DNA from: Hydrurus foetidus
Lineage: Eukaryota
Length of the DNA stretch: 64,000 nucleotides
Direction of reading: 5' to 3'
Assembly: GCA_900617105.1 (NCBI GenBank)
Contig: UYFQ01000543.1
Coordinates: 1 to 64,000 of the forward strand
Shown: positions 61,142 through 64,000 of the stretch, in pieces
Position numbering within the stretch: position 1 is the stretch's first letter
Layout: every line of letters starts with the position of its first letter
Notes under the pieces: generated by a model
What the model was told of the DNA's origin: nothing
Databases searched by the model: none
The model's input: only the letters and a program-made list of their open reading frames with translations
Made by a program: the position numbers and the translations under genes

Positions 61142-63482
61142 GATTCCTCTGGATCACGAATATCGCACACTATGGAATATTCCATTCTGATTATCTTATT
61201 ATAAAATAGACAATATGAATGAAGGTTTTATATTAGAGAAAGTCGCATACTAACATATCCAATTAATCTCCACACAGTCTAACACAACACACTCCAAAGA
61301 ATACACGGAATGGTCTATCTCTCACCCCGAAGACAGGGTGTTCGATGACATCGTGTCCTGCCTGCGCTTCGCTCAGCAGCAGTACGACAGCAAAGCCCTT
61401 TCCATGGCGGGTATTGGGTGTGGAGGCGGGTGGGCTCTCAAGGTCAGTGTGTGTGTGTGTTTGAGAGAGTTTGTGTGTGAGTGAGAGAATGTGTGTGTGT
61501 TTGAGAGTGTGTGTGTGTGTGTGTGTGTGTGTGAGAGTGTGTGTGTGTGTGTCTGTATCCGGCCAGATTCGACCGATCATTCATGCAGTGATCCATGATA
61601 TTCTGCGTCATCGTAATGTTGCTAGGGGGTGTCGGCTTGCCATTACTTACTGTGTCTGTTGGGTTCTGTGGATTTCAATGTTGATTTATTGTGACTAAAT
61701 GGTGACAAGGGTGCTAGTGCCTGAGTGCTGACATGCACATGCGCCAACGTGCGTGGGTGGAAGCGTCATCATCATGTTCGACAATATCATCTTTGTACTC
61801 GTGTTTTTTATTGTGATTATGCACGTTGGCAGTAAATGTGTGGAGTGTTCGTACGTTCGGTCCGCCAGTCGACTGTACTTTGTATCATTCTCTGACTTAT
61901 ATCGCATTTCCGTGTAGTGTGTAGTCACCTATTTGCTCAAAGAATGCGACTGACTGGATGTGGTCTTCAGTCTACGTCCAAGACTTAAACTGATTTGCTG
62001 ATCCGCTCTCTGCTTTCTTTTCATCTAATCTAATGTACTGTACTGTACTGTACTGTACTGTACTGTACTGCACTAGGCCGCGTGCGATTTGTCAGACATT
62101 CAATGTGCAGCTGCACTAGCGCACAGTAAAGAACAGAACGGTGACTCGAAGACAAGCAGCAGCAGTAAGAATAGCAACGACAGGGCGACCAGCATGAACC
62201 CGTTCCCAGGGTCCACTAGAGGGTACCCCAAGACAGAGGAGGAAATAAGGCGCATAGATGATGAGGTTATGAGGCTAAAGAAGGCAGAACAGGTGGTGCC
62301 AGAGGAGGAAGAGGAGGAGGAGGGAGTGGAGGTAAATCTGAATGAAGGGCTGGATGACGTCGAGAGCGCTGACTTGAGGGAACTGATGAAGATAGCCGGT
62401 CTAGCGGAGGACAATGAACAACAACAATTAGAAGAAGAAGAGGCAGACACAGGATACAGTGACATTGAGATCTACAGAGACAAATTAGACGCTGACGTGG
62501 CCTCACGTGCCACAGAGATCGTTACAGCAAGGGCCACACGAGGTGCACAATACATCGCTGAGAAAGCTTCTCTCTCCCTCAGGGATCTAGCGAAACTAGA
62601 GCCGTGTGGTGTGCTGGCAGTGTGTCCGTCACTGGAACCCAAGGATGTGGAGCATGTCGGAAGGTGCGTGCATTGACTTGACTGTCCATGGAATACCATG
62701 TCCATGCCCATATCCATATATGTAGATTGCATCTAATACTCCTATACTGTTGTGTTGTGATGCACTTCATCAAACACTTATCACTTTCAAATTTTATTCT
62801 CTACTTTTTTCATTTCTGAATTTAGGTCTCTGAGGATTCCTTCCTTTTTGATATTCGGTGAGCTGGACACGAATCCAGGAGCTGGATTAGCTGCAGCTGA
62901 GGAATTGCACGCCCTGCTATCGGACAGACTGAGCGAGGTGCGTGTGTCAATGTTTATGTTAATGTTGATGCTGATGCTGTTCAAGCACATGTCCCACCCC
63001 CCCTAAGATAGTTATGTTGTCACGGGAGAATTTGATACATGAATGTAATGTATCGTGCCGTACCGAACGTACTGTAGGTGGCCGATTTGTCAATTCGGGT
63101 GTATCAAGGCAGACAAACCGGATTCGCCCATTCTCCAAAGACACTCGAAGACAGAAAATGCGCACAGGTTTTTGATTTCGCTTTCTATGCCCTGCCCTAC
63201 ATTCCTCATTGACTGATCTTCTTCTGTCTTTCCTTTCTCCTGTGTTTGTGTGTTTGGTGTATATAGGAGGCAGCAGCGATAGGGGCGATATGGCTGGACG
63301 TGTTCTCATCAGACCCATCGGAACGCACGGACGGAACGGGACTGACCCGCCTTTCCGACTCCTTCTCATTCATATCAACCAAAGACATGGCCAGACAGAC
63401 GTTACAGGCCTCTTCGGTTGCCACCTATCTGCACGATGACCCTGCTCTGTTCCGAAATGATAGACTGGCAGACGACGTCTAA
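58861..63482 (+). CDS. Leader + SAP-like motif + dienelactone-hydrolase-like alpha/beta fold protein, about 9 exons
   Basis: Signal-like MVRALCLLPFLMFVAF and SAP-like LKIELRSRGLRQNGDKMEMIARL. DLH-like exons: VVVLLPDEAGW...FADEI, VVVPDIYRGRPW, RVFDDI...AGIGCGGG, PSFLIFGELD, YQGRQTGFAH, EAAAIGAIWL. Confidence 0.8.
61091..61551. repeat. (TG)n microsatellites at 61091-61139 and 61447-61551 (intron starts)
   Basis: Direct reading of the sequence. Confidence 0.9.
62034..62070. repeat. (TGTAC)n pentamer run next to a 3' splice site
   Basis: About seven copies immediately precede CACTAG|GCC. Confidence 0.9.
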
Positions 63483-64000
63483 ACGACTGGACAATTTCAT
63501 CATCATTACTATTGTTTTGCTTATTTCGAACATTTGTAGCAAATTGTAATTTTATTGTACATAACTCGTATTATAACGTGAAATTCAGTATCCAATGGTC
63601 AGGCAAGGCCCCCTTGAGTCAGGCGTCGGCACTTCTTCGGAGCTCCGTCATACGATGATTTGAGTACGTGCCTCCCGCAACATCGGCTGCGATTGCGCCG
63701 CATGCGAAGCGGTTAACTGCATCGTGTCTCATGTACTTCATATCTCTGAGAGGACAACGCATGAAAATATTCTCTACCCTGCTGGCTGGGGAAACTGGGA
63801 TCGAATCTTCAGATCAGATCTTTGAAAAAATCCTAAAAAATCTGTAATCCCGTGAAATCCAAAACACGAAACATCTTTCACACACGACAGAGAGAGACAA
63901 AGATCAAAGATCGCTGCTGAAGATTTTGTCAAGGAGCTCTTAAAGTTTCAACATTCCAGTGAGAAAAGGACAAACATAACAATAATAATTAAGATGGAGT

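Noticed and set aside
61263..61698. ORFs rich in HT or CV dipeptides
   Set aside because: These are translations of intronic (TG)n microsatellites.

Overview
This is eukaryotic, intron-containing DNA (GT..AG introns). It is probably from a plastid-bearing stramenopile (ochrophyte), inferred from bipartite plastid-type leaders, a membrane-anchored hybrid histidine kinase and a stand-alone MEKHLA gene. The first 10.5 kb is a nested transposon pile-up. A hAT element (right end 8703) has its transposase cut at 3001 by a Ty3/Gypsy LTR retrotransposon that runs off the left edge, and its subterminal region split by a Sola-like element (5914-8641). A P-like element (8708-9984) sits on the hAT tip, followed by a TA-flanked MITE (10006-10458). 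The rest is gene-dense host DNA: BUD13, a tandem-SET gene, MEKHLA, a plastid-leader Ala/Lys-repeat protein, HGH1, a secreted Gly-tailed protein, a hybrid histidine kinase, a BET bromodomain protein, taxilin, SH3BGR-like, a coiled-coil protein, LETM1-like, ALG2, INTS2, SUA5 and a SAP/dienelactone-hydrolase fusion. I saw no CRISPR array, rRNA or tRNA, and I cannot point to one clearly new system. The best leads are a Gypsy leader with a palindrome where the PBS should be, a Sola-like element carrying a USP-like peptidase fragment, the tandem minimal SET gene and the SAP-DLH pseudoenzyme. All family calls come from motif recognition by eye, not from database searches.
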